64,000 bases of DNA from an uncultured Alphaproteobacteria bacterium (GTDB lineage: Bacteria > Pseudomonadota > Alphaproteobacteria > Acetobacterales > Acetobacteraceae). The stretch lies in assembly GCA_963758415.1 (NCBI GenBank), contig CAVWVL010000003.1:42022-106021 (forward strand), written 5' to 3'. Within the stretch, counting starts at the first letter, position 1. The number at the start of each line of letters is the position of its first letter. Under the pieces are notes generated by a model. That model searched no databases. It saw nothing but the letters and a program-made list of their open reading frames with translations, and was not told where the DNA came from. Below are positions 30,225 through 39,765 of the stretch, piece by piece. The translations under genes were made by a program, and so were the position numbers.

Positions 30225-32480
30225 ATGAATGAGCCGCTAGCGAAACCGCTGACCCACGGCGATGGGGCGGCGATACAGATTTCTCGCACCGAGTCGACGC
30301 CGGGTAGTGCGAAGCCGGCGGCCGCGGTGGAAGGCGGCATCTCGCGCGATAGCCCCGAACGTTTCATAAACCGGGAGCTTTCCTGGCTCGACTTCAACCA
30401 CCGTGTCGTGGAAGAGGCCGAGAATGTTGCGCAGCCGCTTCTGGAACGAGTTCGCTTCCTTTCGATCAGCGCCTCCAACCTCGATGAGTTCTATTCCGTC
30501 CGTGTCGCCGGTGTGATCGGGCAGGCCAAGAGCGGCACCAGTCATGTATCGGCCGATGGACGCAGCCCGGCCCAGCAGCTTAAGGCGATCCGCGATCGCA
30601 TCGTCAGTTTGCGCGCCGATCAACAGCAAGTTTGGGCCAACCTGCGCCAGTTACTAGACTGCGACGGCATCGAGATCTGCGACGTCGCCAGTGTGTCAGC
30701 GGATGATCGCGAGTGGCTCGCCGCTTATTTCATGGAGCGCGTGTTTCCGGTCCTGACCCCGCTCGCGGTCGATCCGGCACACCCGTTCCCGTTCATTCCG
30801 CATATGGGCTTGGTCATGGCCCTGCGGCTTACCCGCGAGACAGACGGCCACGTGATGCCGGGGCTGTTGCCGCTGCCCAGTCAGGGTGGGCGTTTCATTC
30901 GGCTGCCGGCGCCCGAGAACGGCCGCATCCGTTTCGCTTTGATAGAAGACCTCGTGCTGCTTTGCCTGCAGCGCCTTTTCCCTGGCTTCCGCCTGAGCGA
31001 CAAAGGTCTGTTTCGGGTCATCCGCGACAGCGACGTGGAGTTCGCGGACGACGCCGAGGACCTCGCGCGATCCTATGAGACGGCACTCAAGACCCGCCGC
31101 CGCGGTGTCCTCATCCAACTGGACCTGGCCAGCGATATGGCCCCGGAACTACGCGAGTTCATCGCCGATGCTCTCGACGCGGCGCCCAGCGAGATCAGCC
31201 TGGTTGAAGGGCTCATGGCGATGGTCGACGTCAAGCAACTGATTGTCGATGATCGGCCTGACCTGTTGTTCGCGCCGTATACACCGCGCTTTCCCGAACG
31301 AATCCGAGACTTCGGCGGGGACTGCTTCGCCGCCATCCGAGCGAAGGACATCATCGTTCACCACCCGTACGAGAGTTTCGACGTCGTGGTGCAATTCCTC
31401 CGGCAAGCCGCTCAGGATCCGGCGGTCATCGCGATCAAGCAAACGCTGTATCGCACCAGCCGTGATAGCCCGATTGTCAAGACGCTAATCGAAGCCGCCG
31501 AGGCAGGCAAGTCGGTGACGGCGTTGGTGGAGTTGCGCGCCCGCTTCGACGAAGAAGCGAACATCACCCTCGCCCGTAGTATGGAAGCCGTCGGGGTTCA
31601 GGTGGTATTCGGCTTCGTTGACCTCAAGACCCACGCCAAACTGTCGCTGGTGGTACGTCGCGAAGTCGGCGGCCTCCGATCCTATGCGCATTTCGGCACC
31701 GGTAACTATCATCCGATTACCGCTCGCATTTACACCGACCTTAGTTTCTTTACCTCCGATCCGAGGTTGACCCGCGACGCCGCGCGGATGTTCAACTATA
31801 TGACTGGCTATGCTGAACCGGAACGGATGCAGGAGATCGGGTTCAGCCCGCTGACCTGCCGCGACACGTTGCTGGACCTGATCCACAAGGAGGCCGCCTT
31901 CGCCAAGGTTGGCAAGCCGGCAACCATCTGGATCAAGCTCAACAGCCTGCTGGACGTGAAACTGATCGACGCGCTTTATGAGGCGTCCAGTGCCGGCGTC
32001 CTGACCACCGCGGTGGTGCGTGGCATCTGTTGCTTGCGCCCGGGCGTACCTGGCCTGTCGGAAAACATCCGGGTGAAATCGATCATCGGCCGCTTTCTCG
32101 AACACAGCCGCATCTACGTTTTCGGTAACGGCCACCCGTTGCCGAGCCGGGATGCGCTGATCTTTATCAGTTCCGCCGACTGGATGGAGCGTAATATGGA
32201 CTGGCGCGTCGAGTCCTTGGTGCCGATCCACAATCCGACCGTCCACGCCCAGGTGCTTGACCAGATCATGGGGGTCAACCTGAAGGATACGGCGCAATCC
32301 TGGGACTTGCGGGCGGATGGCGCCTGGCGTCGCACCGCACCTGGCAAGAAACCAGTCTCCGCGCACGACTACTTTATGACGAATCCGTCCCTGTCTGGCC
32401 GAGGTTCCGCATTGCACGGACTGGCCGTCACCTCGAAGCTGGCATTCCGTAGGCGGCAGGATCGAGTGAGCCAGGACTAG
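30225..32480 (+). CDS. ppk1: Polyphosphate kinase 1
   Basis: FINRELSWLDFNHRV, SNLDEF, HHPYESF, IKQTLYRTS, ELRARFDEEANI, KTHAK, GRFLEHSR, SSADWMERN. Confidence 0.97.
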   Translation: MNEPLAKPLTHGDGAAIQISRTESTPGSAKPAAAVEGGISRDSPERFINRELSWLDFNHRVVEEAENVAQPLLERVRFLSISASNLDEFYSVRVAGVIGQAKSGTSHVSADGRSPAQQLKAIRDRIVSLRADQQQVWANLRQLLDCDGIEICDVASVSADDREWLAAYFMERVFPVLTPLAVDPAHPFPFIPHMGLVMALRLTRETDGHVMPGLLPLPSQGGRFIRLPAPENGRIRFALIEDLVLLCLQRLFPGFRLSDKGLFRVIRDSDVEFADDAEDLARSYETALKTRRRGVLIQLDLASDMAPELREFIADALDAAPSEISLVEGLMAMVDVKQLIVDDRPDLLFAPYTPRFPERIRDFGGDCFAAIRAKDIIVHHPYESFDVVVQFLRQAAQDPAVIAIKQTLYRTSRDSPIVKTLIEAAEAGKSVTALVELRARFDEEANITLARSMEAVGVQVVFGFVDLKTHAKLSLVVRREVGGLRSYAHFGTGNYHPITARIYTDLSFFTSDPRLTRDAARMFNYMTGYAEPERMQEIGFSPLTCRDTLLDLIHKEAAFAKVGKPATIWIKLNSLLDVKLIDALYEASSAGVLTTAVVRGICCLRPGVPGLSENIRVKSIIGRFLEHSRIYVFGNGHPLPSRDALIFISSADWMERNMDWRVESLVPIHNPTVHAQVLDQIMGVNLKDTAQSWDLRADGAWRRTAPGKKPVSAHDYFMTNPSLSGRGSALHGLAVTSKLAFRRRQDRVSQD

Positions 32481-32556
32481 CGGATTTCGGCAATTCACGG
32501 AACTGACATTCCGCAGTGACACCGTTCGGATATGTTCGCGGCACAGGAGACGTAAC

Positions 32557-32793
32557 ATGGTTGACGATGACGCGGAACTCGATCGGATGCAGAACGCTTA
32601 TACGGCTGCGGTCGACACCTGGATCGACGCCATCCGGGCCGAAGAGAAACTCGCTTCGGTGCATCACACGGTGGCTCAAGTCGACATATGGGAGAACGCC
32701 CACTTCCTGGCCGAACACGCCCGTCACCAGGCGGAGAACGCCAAAGCGGCCTACGAGGGTGCGCTGCGGTCACGATTCTTCGGTATCGACTGA
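32557..32793 (+). CDS. Small helical hypothetical protein (78 aa)
   Basis: Strong RBS AGGAG, coding-like codon usage. Confidence 0.7.
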   Translation: MVDDDAELDRMQNAYTAAVDTWIDAIRAEEKLASVHHTVAQVDIWENAHFLAEHARHQAENAKAAYEGALRSRFFGID

Positions 32794-33129
32794 TCGGTCA
32801 TGACACGGGGGCTGGTGATGCGTCATCCATTTCTCGGCAGGCGCTAAGTTGCAATAAGCCAAATTGTTGCAACTGCGGAAGGCAAGCCGAAGTGCCACAT
32901 CGAAATGTTCAGGGTCGATGTCGCGTATCGATCTCGATCAGAAACGGCGCAAGCAAGACCCGTGCGGCGGACGCGCAACAGTAAATTTCAAAACGTATCA
33001 GGCACCTGGACAAGCTGGAACCTGCTGGGTATCGACGTCCCGAAAACCGGTGATTTCCCAACCATGCCTGAGGCTTTCGATCTTCTGGCGGAAAGGGTTT
33101 CTCGACCGGTCACGCGGAGCAGAACAACG

Positions 33130-33354
33130 TTGAACACTGACAATCGTATCTGCGAGTTCCTGGCGCGTCGTGGCGGTCAGGCATTCTGCGACGACTGCCT
33201 GAGGAAATCATTGGGTCTGAGACGGCGACACCACGTACAACAGGCAACGGCGGCCATAATCAGGGAAAGCCCAGCGTATCGGCGAGAGATGACGTTCTGT
33301 GCGGCCTGCAGCAATGAGCGGCTGACGTTACGGGCGATCCGGCCTGGCTTCTAG
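33130..33354 (+). CDS. Small putative Zn-binding protein (CxxC...CxxC)
   Basis: FCDDCL...FCAACS; TTG start inferred, preceded by GGAG. Confidence 0.55.
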   Translation: MNTDNRICEFLARRGGQAFCDDCLRKSLGLRRRHHVQQATAAIIRESPAYRREMTFCAACSNERLTLRAIRPGF

Positions 33355-33383
33355 CGTATTGGCTTCTGGCGCTACATTCCGGA

Positions 33384-33587
33384 TCAGTCATAGGGCTGGG
33401 CCGGCAACAATCCATTGCTCATGAATCCGTCCGACTTCAGCAGATGCGGCGGGACGCTGAACGGTGGAATTCCGTATCGGTCATCCACAGCGACGGCGGC
33501 ATCTACCGGCGCCACCGATTTGCAAGCTGCCAACAAGGTCAATGCGGAGATCGCAACGCCAAACAAAAACTTGCGCACCACCGCCAT
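33384..33587 (-). CDS. Small putative lipoprotein
   Basis: Signal peptide with lipobox LLAAC. Confidence 0.55.
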   Translation of the reverse strand: MAVVRKFLFGVAISALTLLAACKSVAPVDAAVAVDDRYGIPPFSVPPHLLKSDGFMSNGLLPAQPYD

Positions 33588-33685
33588 CGCCCGAATGCCC
33601 CCTGTTGTCACAGCGCATCGGTATCACATCCTGCTCGAGACTGACAGCGTCGCGGGCTGATCCGAGGGCGGAAAGACACCCCAGC

Positions 33686-34525
33686 TCAGACAGGCTTTTG
33701 CGCAACGACTTCCACCGTCCGGGCCCGGCCTTCTTCCGCAGCACGTAGCGAATTGATCAGGCATCGCCGGTAAAGATCGCCCATCAGCAGATGCACCCCG
33801 ACCGGCGGTAGCGCTTCGGTTTCTAGTTTCCGCAGTCTGTCCGCGTTAACGGATAGGTGTTCCTGAGTGGTATCCCTGAACGCCAGTATCTCAAATCCGG
33901 CGGCGACGAGGTCGTGGCGCGTTTCCTCATCGGTGGCCAGGAAGCTGTTGCGCGGGGCCGCCGCCCAGGGCACCGGGAACTCCGGCGGCCCGTTCGATCC
34001 GGCGTTGATGTGGCACAGCACCAGCCGCCCGCCCGGCTTTAGCACGCGGAATGCCTCGCGATAGACGCATCCTTTGTAGGCAATGTTCATGACGACGTTG
34101 TGCGAATAAGCACGATCGAAGCACGCATCAGGCAGCGGGAGATCGACGGCGCTGCCCTGAATGATCCGAACCCGATCGGTCATGCCGCACGCGACGTTCA
34201 ATGCCCGCGCCGCGTCGCAGAACTCCTGCGTCAGATCAACACCGGTTACCAGGCAACGATATTTTGCCGCGATCCACCGTGCCGGGCCGCCGATGCCGCT
34301 GCCGATATCCAGGATCGCTTCTCCGGCCTCCGGTTCGAGCAGCATGGCAAGCTCCCGGGTCGCCAGGACACCGCGGCCATGAACATGATCGGACGGCGCC
34401 AGCGTATCAGGCGTGATCGCCACGTCGGCGCCGGTCGATCCGCGCAGCGCCTCGATGATACGGGTAGCGATTTCGCTGCCCGTGCCGGCGGCGGCGTAAT
34501 GATCCTCGACGCGCTGGCCTGGCAT
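33686..34525 (-). CDS. SAM-dependent methyltransferase (class I)
   Basis: ILDIGSGIGG, VTGVDL, GSAVDLP, FRVLKPGG. Confidence 0.9.
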   Translation of the reverse strand: MPGQRVEDHYAAAGTGSEIATRIIEALRGSTGADVAITPDTLAPSDHVHGRGVLATRELAMLLEPEAGEAILDIGSGIGGPARWIAAKYRCLVTGVDLTQEFCDAARALNVACGMTDRVRIIQGSAVDLPLPDACFDRAYSHNVVMNIAYKGCVYREAFRVLKPGGRLVLCHINAGSNGPPEFPVPWAAAPRNSFLATDEETRHDLVAAGFEILAFRDTTQEHLSVNADRLRKLETEALPPVGVHLLMGDLYRRCLINSLRAAEEGRARTVEVVAQKPV

Positions 34526-34554
34526 CAATCTATCTCCCCCAAAGGCCCCGACAT

Positions 34555-35982
34555 CTACCCCGCATCAGCCGCCAGAAACGGCTCGGCGATCTCGATCGCC
34601 CTTGCCGCCCGCAGCACCAGATCGTCGCGATATTGCGCCGCGGCGATCTGCACCGAGCTCGGCAGTCCATCGCTTCGCAGGCCCAGCGGCACCGAGATCG
34701 CCGGCTGGCGCGTCAGATTGAAGGTGAACGTCCACGGCGCCCAGGCGGTCCACAATGCGCGGACTGGATCAACCGTTGGCGCATCAGCCAAGGGAGGTCC
34801 CGCCGGCACGGTTGGGCAGAGCAAAAGATCGAAACGCTGGTGCAGACGCGCCATCGCGTGACCAGCGGCCGCCCGCATCGCCTCGGCGTCCATGAACTCG
34901 ATGGCACTAATTCCGCCCAGCTTTTCGGCCACCTCGCGAATCCCCGGATCGAGCAATCCGACGAGCTGCCCGGGCTGCCCGGCCACAAGACGTGCCAGCG
35001 CGGCACCCCATACACGGCCGAAGACGTCGCTGGTATCTGGCAGATCGGCCTCGGCCTGCTCCACGATTGCACCGGCTCCGGCCAGTAAGGACGCGGCGCG
35101 CTCCACCGCGGCGATCCCGTCGGCATCGACCGGCGCGTCGAACCCGGGGTTCCACAGGATGCCGACCCTCAAGCCGGATACGCCGTCCTCGATACCAACG
35201 CGCCAGTCCCGCCCGTCATCCGGCATGCAGAACGGATCGCGTAAGTCGTATCGCGCCATGGCGGACAGCATCAAGGCCGCGTCGCGCACCGTTCGTGTCA
35301 TTGGCCCGGCACAGGCGACGCTGGCGAAAGCACCGGCCGGCCATTGCGGGATGCGTCCATAGGTGGGTTTCAGCCCGACCAGACCACACCAGGCGGCCGG
35401 GATGCGAACCGAGCCGCCGGCGTCGGTGCCGATATGGAGCGGGCCAAACCCAGCGGCACCAGCGGCACCTGCACCTGAGGACGAACCGCCCGTGGTATAC
35501 GCTGTATTCCATGGATTGCGCGTGATGCCATGCAGCGGGCAATCGCCCGGCGACTTCCAGCCGAACTCGGTCGTTGTGGTCTTGCCGACGACGATCGCTC
35601 CCGCGGCTTTGAGCCCGACAACCATTGGCGCGTCTTCCGTCACCGGCTCGTCGCTGGTCGTCCGGCTGCCTCGCCTGGTGGGAAATCCCGCCAGATCGAC
35701 CAGATCCTTCACCGTGTAAGGCACCCCGTCCAACAGCCCGACCGGCCGTCCCGCTCGCCACCGGCCGGCGCTTTCCCGCGCCGCTTCCAACGCGCTCGGG
35801 TTCATCACCGCGAACGCGTTCAGTTCGGGGTTGCGGCGAGCGATGCGTTCGGTGACGGCGTGGAGCACGTCCACCGGGCTGAGCTCACAGCGGCCAAAGT
35901 GGGCGAGCATGTCCTCGGCGCTGAGCAGGGCAGGATCTGTCGAGATGGTCGATGCGGTGGGTGGCATTGGCGCGGTTTCCAT
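34555..35982 (-). CDS. Amidase-signature family amidase
   Basis: TVKDL, GKTTTTEFG, GGSSSG, GTDAGGSVRIPA (Ser-cisSer-Lys triad region); start at 35982 or 35967. Confidence 0.92.
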   Translation of the reverse strand: METAPMPPTASTISTDPALLSAEDMLAHFGRCELSPVDVLHAVTERIARRNPELNAFAVMNPSALEAARESAGRWRAGRPVGLLDGVPYTVKDLVDLAGFPTRRGSRTTSDEPVTEDAPMVVGLKAAGAIVVGKTTTTEFGWKSPGDCPLHGITRNPWNTAYTTGGSSSGAGAAGAAGFGPLHIGTDAGGSVRIPAAWCGLVGLKPTYGRIPQWPAGAFASVACAGPMTRTVRDAALMLSAMARYDLRDPFCMPDDGRDWRVGIEDGVSGLRVGILWNPGFDAPVDADGIAAVERAASLLAGAGAIVEQAEADLPDTSDVFGRVWGAALARLVAGQPGQLVGLLDPGIREVAEKLGGISAIEFMDAEAMRAAAGHAMARLHQRFDLLLCPTVPAGPPLADAPTVDPVRALWTAWAPWTFTFNLTRQPAISVPLGLRSDGLPSSVQIAAAQYRDDLVLRAARAIEIAEPFLAADAG

Positions 35983-36059
35983 CGGCTTGACAGGGAGGGG
36001 CTGACACGCGGGGTGCTCTTGTGCAGCATGAGCCCGGCGGCGAAGTGAGGGAACCCCGG

Positions 36060-36962
36060 ATGAGCGACACAACGGCGAACTCGGACGCATTGCAACCCTG
36101 GCAATGGCCGGAACAGACGTGGCGCCACATGGTCGGGCGCGCCAGGGCCGGGCGGAGCCTGAAGCCGGCGACTTGGCCCAATGGTGCGCGCTGTGCCGTC
36201 GCCATCAGCTTCGATGCCGATCACGAGACGATCCCGCTGCGCGACAACGACCCAAGCCCGATGCGTATCAGTCAGGGACAGTATGGTGCGCGCCAGGCGA
36301 CCCCGCGAATCCGCCGGTTGCTGGAGCGCGAATCGATCCCCGCGACGTTTTTCTATCCGGCGGTTTCCGCTCTGCTGCACCCCGACGAAGTGCGTGCGAT
36401 CGCCGGCGATGGGCACGAGATCGGCATTCATTCGTGGATACATGAGGTCAATACAACGCTCTCCCTGGAGGCCGAGCGCGAACTGACACTGCGGTCGCGC
36501 GAAACCTTGGCTCGTATCAGCGGCAAGGAGCCGGTGGGGATGCGGACCGCGAGCTGGGATTTCTCGGTCAACACGCTGGATATTATCCGCGAGATGAAAC
36601 TGTTGTACGACAGCAGCCTGATGGCGGACGACGACCCGTATGAGCTGGAGGACCAGGGAGAGCCGACCGGCATCGTGGAACTGCCGCCGGAATGGATTCG
36701 CGATGACGCGGTCTACTTCAATATGCTACGATTTTCCGGGTTGCGCCCCTACACGCCACCCTCGGCGGTCGAGGAGATCTTCACCGCGGAATTCGATGGT
36801 GCCTGGGACGAGGGCGGGCTGTTTCTGCTGACCATGCATCCGCATATCACCGGCCACCGGTCCAGGCTGCCGCTGCTGGAGCGTCTGATTCGCCACATGA
36901 AGGCAAAGGGGGGCTGCTGGTTCGCGACCCATGCCCAGGTGGCCGAGTGGTGCAGGGGCTAA
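36060..36962 (+). CDS. Polysaccharide deacetylase family protein (PuuE/PgdA-like)
   Basis: ISFDADHE, EIGIHSWIHE, LYDSSLM, LTMHPHITGHRSR. Confidence 0.88.
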   Translation: MSDTTANSDALQPWQWPEQTWRHMVGRARAGRSLKPATWPNGARCAVAISFDADHETIPLRDNDPSPMRISQGQYGARQATPRIRRLLERESIPATFFYPAVSALLHPDEVRAIAGDGHEIGIHSWIHEVNTTLSLEAERELTLRSRETLARISGKEPVGMRTASWDFSVNTLDIIREMKLLYDSSLMADDDPYELEDQGEPTGIVELPPEWIRDDAVYFNMLRFSGLRPYTPPSAVEEIFTAEFDGAWDEGGLFLLTMHPHITGHRSRLPLLERLIRHMKAKGGCWFATHAQVAEWCRG

Positions 36963-36971
36963 GGAAATTCC

Positions 36972-36998
36972 GGTCCGCGCGATCCAAGCACGCGGACC
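36972..36998. terminator. Hairpin between convergent genes, possible bidirectional terminator
   Basis: GGTCCGCG-11 nt-CGCGGACC, 8-bp stem. Confidence 0.45.
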
Positions 36999-37026
36999 TT
37001 GAGAACAGTTTAGCTACGCGCTGAAA

Positions 37027-37461
37027 CTACGAGCAGGTCTTTCCGTTGCTGGGATGGTCTCCGGCAGCCTTCGCGTCAAACTCTGACATATACTCACCCT
37101 GCTTGGTCTTGCCGTAGTAACGGGTGCCCGGGCAGTGATAGACCTTGCTGTTGGTATTCACCCAAACCTGCCCCGGGGCACCGGATTTCGTTGTGGGCGT
37201 GCGGGCCGGAGGCGTTGTCGCGGCCATCTTGGCGGGTGGCGCCGAGGCGGCAGGCGATGCCGTGGCGGGAGAAGTCGTAGCGGCGGGCGCGTCCCACGTT
37301 GCGACGCCTTTGTGTCCGTGACACGCGCCTTTCCGAGTCGTGCCGGAATAAGCCGTGCCATCCTTACAAGTGGCGGTCACGCTTGGAGATGTCTGCGCCG
37401 AGGCGGAAAAAGCCGACAACAGGCCGATACCAAACGTTATCGACAGAAGTGCTGCACGCAT
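37027..37461 (-). CDS. Secreted two-domain Cys-containing protein (DUF3761-like N-domain, Pro/Ala/Thr linker)
   Basis: Signal peptide; ATCKDG....GAC.GHKGV; linker; VWVNTNSKVYHCPGTRYYGKTKQGEYMSE. Confidence 0.75.
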   Translation of the reverse strand: MRAALLSITFGIGLLSAFSASAQTSPSVTATCKDGTAYSGTTRKGACHGHKGVATWDAPAATTSPATASPAASAPPAKMAATTPPARTPTTKSGAPGQVWVNTNSKVYHCPGTRYYGKTKQGEYMSEFDAKAAGDHPSNGKTCS

Positions 37462-37840
37462 AGGATGTTACCTCATGTGAAAGATGATGTCTGACACTCA
37501 GGGAAGCGGGCACCATCCACCGGTGGTTGCAATCGGCTCCCACACATGTGAACCACAGACTTATATACGTCGAGGCCGACAGGACGCTGACTGCCGCGGT
37601 AAGTCGGACGGATTCGGGACATGTCGCCATGCGACCGATCTATCCAAGGTAGAAAGACTGTATCGTAACACACCATTAAATCGGACTGGTATCACAATCA
37701 TGCCGCCATAGAAACCCCGTTTATGCGCTAATCATAAGGTTTCAGCCCGAAATTCGACGAAGACCGGCTGATGCCTTATCGTACCAGTTGGACCGATCCT
37801 CGGGCCATCCGCACTCCGGCCAATGCCAGGCACTCCCCGA

Positions 37841-38545
37841 ATGACTGACCCGACAGTCCTGAAAGAGCAGATCAAGATCTGCATGTTCGACCAGTACGGT
37901 ACGGTGGTGGACATGCAGGGAGGACTGGTTGCGGTGGCAACGCCTTTCCTGCGGGCGAAGGGATGGGCCGGCAGGCCGGATAGCTTCGTCACATGGTGGC
38001 GTCGCACCCACTTCGAGAACTCGATGATCGACGCCTTGCTGCATCGCGAACACACCCCCTATCGGGAGATCGGCGAGCGTGCCGTCTCACACGTAATGGA
38101 TCGCGCCGGGATCGCCCATACGCCCGAGGAAACACGAGCCCTGGTCGCGGCGATCGAGCGCCTCCCCCCATTCCCGGAAGTCCCCGCCGCACTCGCCCGG
38201 CTCGGCAAACGCTATCAACTGGTCGTGCTATCGAACGGCGACCCGGACATGCTCGAGCGCGCGAAGGCGCATCACGGCGTGCCGTTCGACCGGGTGATCT
38301 CGGTCGCCGAAGCGAACAGTTTCAAACCGCACGTCGCCACTTACACACGCGCGGCCGAAATAATGAGCGTGCGGATGGAACAGGTTCTGTTTGTCGCCAA
38401 CCATGCCTTTGACTGCGTCGGTGCAAAGGCGGCCGGCATGCGGACCGCCTTCATCGACAGGCGGGGACGTCCGTTCGGCATCACCCCGCATCAGCCTGAT
38501 CTGCTGGTGCCGAGCATGACGGGGCTCGCCGACCTGCTAAGCTGA
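37841..38545 (+). CDS. Haloacid dehalogenase type II-like hydrolase
   Basis: FDQYGTVVD, LSNGD, FKPH, FVANHAFDCVGA. Confidence 0.9.
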   Translation: MTDPTVLKEQIKICMFDQYGTVVDMQGGLVAVATPFLRAKGWAGRPDSFVTWWRRTHFENSMIDALLHREHTPYREIGERAVSHVMDRAGIAHTPEETRALVAAIERLPPFPEVPAALARLGKRYQLVVLSNGDPDMLERAKAHHGVPFDRVISVAEANSFKPHVATYTRAAEIMSVRMEQVLFVANHAFDCVGAKAAGMRTAFIDRRGRPFGITPHQPDLLVPSMTGLADLLS

Positions 38546-38586
38546 GCTCAGCCGCGCGCACCGTAACGTTCTGAAATGAACCGCGG

Positions 38587-39729
38587 TCAAGCGCCGCGGG
38601 TCGGCAGCTCGACCACCCCGGACCCCGAGGCCGATAGTTCGTCATCCTGATTGCGAGCTTCCTGCTTGATCTCCACAAGATGCCGCCCGTCTTCGACAAA
38701 CTTTCGCACTACGCTGCCGGTGATGAACAAGGTGTCGCCGGCGGGATTGTGGCGCCGGATCTGTGAGTTTGCAGCGCGGAGGAAGCCGTCGTCACCCATC
38801 CAGTTGGTCAGGTGATGGGTGAGCCACGAGCAACGCTCGGGCCCATAGTCATAGGCGCCAGGCGCGCCGACCATCAGGGCAAACTCCTCCTCCCAGTGCA
38901 CCCGCTCTGGGCAATCGGGTATGCCGAAACGATTGTTGATGCCAAGCCCGGGGTGGGCGTGAACCTGCTTCCAGGCCAGCTTGTTGGCGCGGATATAAAG
39001 CCCGCCCCATCCCTGCGCGTAGGCAATGAACCCGGTGACGGTCATTGGTCCCTTCACCATCGTCGGCAGCAAGTCCCCGGCCGCAACGTCCTCCCAGTAC
39101 CGCGGCCGCGCGCCGCGCACCTCTTCGTCGTGATAGTATCTGTAGATCTTGGCTAGCTGATCCTCGGTGTAGGACGCCTGGGGACGCTTGCGCAGCTCGT
39201 CATATTTGGTGCCCTTTTCGCGTGCCTCGTCGCGATCGGTACGGAAGCACCAGCTATCTGCCTCGGCGACCATATCCCCCGCCTGATTAAAGAATTTCAC
39301 GTGGTAAATCTGCTGAATGGCGCGCCCCGCGAACCGGGTCCGGTGCTCGATCAGGTCCTTGAGCGACGCCTGGGTGCGGATTTCGTCATTGCGCAACACA
39401 GGCTTGTGCCAGGTCCAGTCGGCACCCGCCCACATCGCGTGCACGCCCGGCAATCCTCCGACATATCCTGAAACGATCCGGCTGGTGGCGAACAAAAAGC
39501 TTGGCAGCGCAACGATCCCGCCATGTCGTGTCGTCGCGGCATAGGCTGGATCGCACCACAACGGGTTGTCATCACCGATGCCGTGCGCGTAGTGGCGGAT
39601 ATTGTCCCGAGTGGCCTCGTAACACCAGGGTTCAGCCGTATTCTCGATCGGCACGCCGATCCTGCCACGCAGGCTGTCAAGCGCTTCGTCGGTTATCTTG
39701 GGGAAGTAGCGCGGCGCGTCTGAGGACAT
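38587..39729 (-). CDS. Double-hotdog (MaoC-like) acyl-CoA hydratase/dehydratase
   Basis: IRHYAHGIGDDNPLW in the first hotdog domain; VAAGDLLP and GPERCSW in the second. Confidence 0.8.
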   Translation of the reverse strand: MSSDAPRYFPKITDEALDSLRGRIGVPIENTAEPWCYEATRDNIRHYAHGIGDDNPLWCDPAYAATTRHGGIVALPSFLFATSRIVSGYVGGLPGVHAMWAGADWTWHKPVLRNDEIRTQASLKDLIEHRTRFAGRAIQQIYHVKFFNQAGDMVAEADSWCFRTDRDEAREKGTKYDELRKRPQASYTEDQLAKIYRYYHDEEVRGARPRYWEDVAAGDLLPTMVKGPMTVTGFIAYAQGWGGLYIRANKLAWKQVHAHPGLGINNRFGIPDCPERVHWEEEFALMVGAPGAYDYGPERCSWLTHHLTNWMGDDGFLRAANSQIRRHNPAGDTLFITGSVVRKFVEDGRHLVEIKQEARNQDDELSASGSGVVELPTRGA

Positions 39730-39765
39730 GGCTTGGAGTGCTCCGGTGGGCAGCGATGCGTTCAA

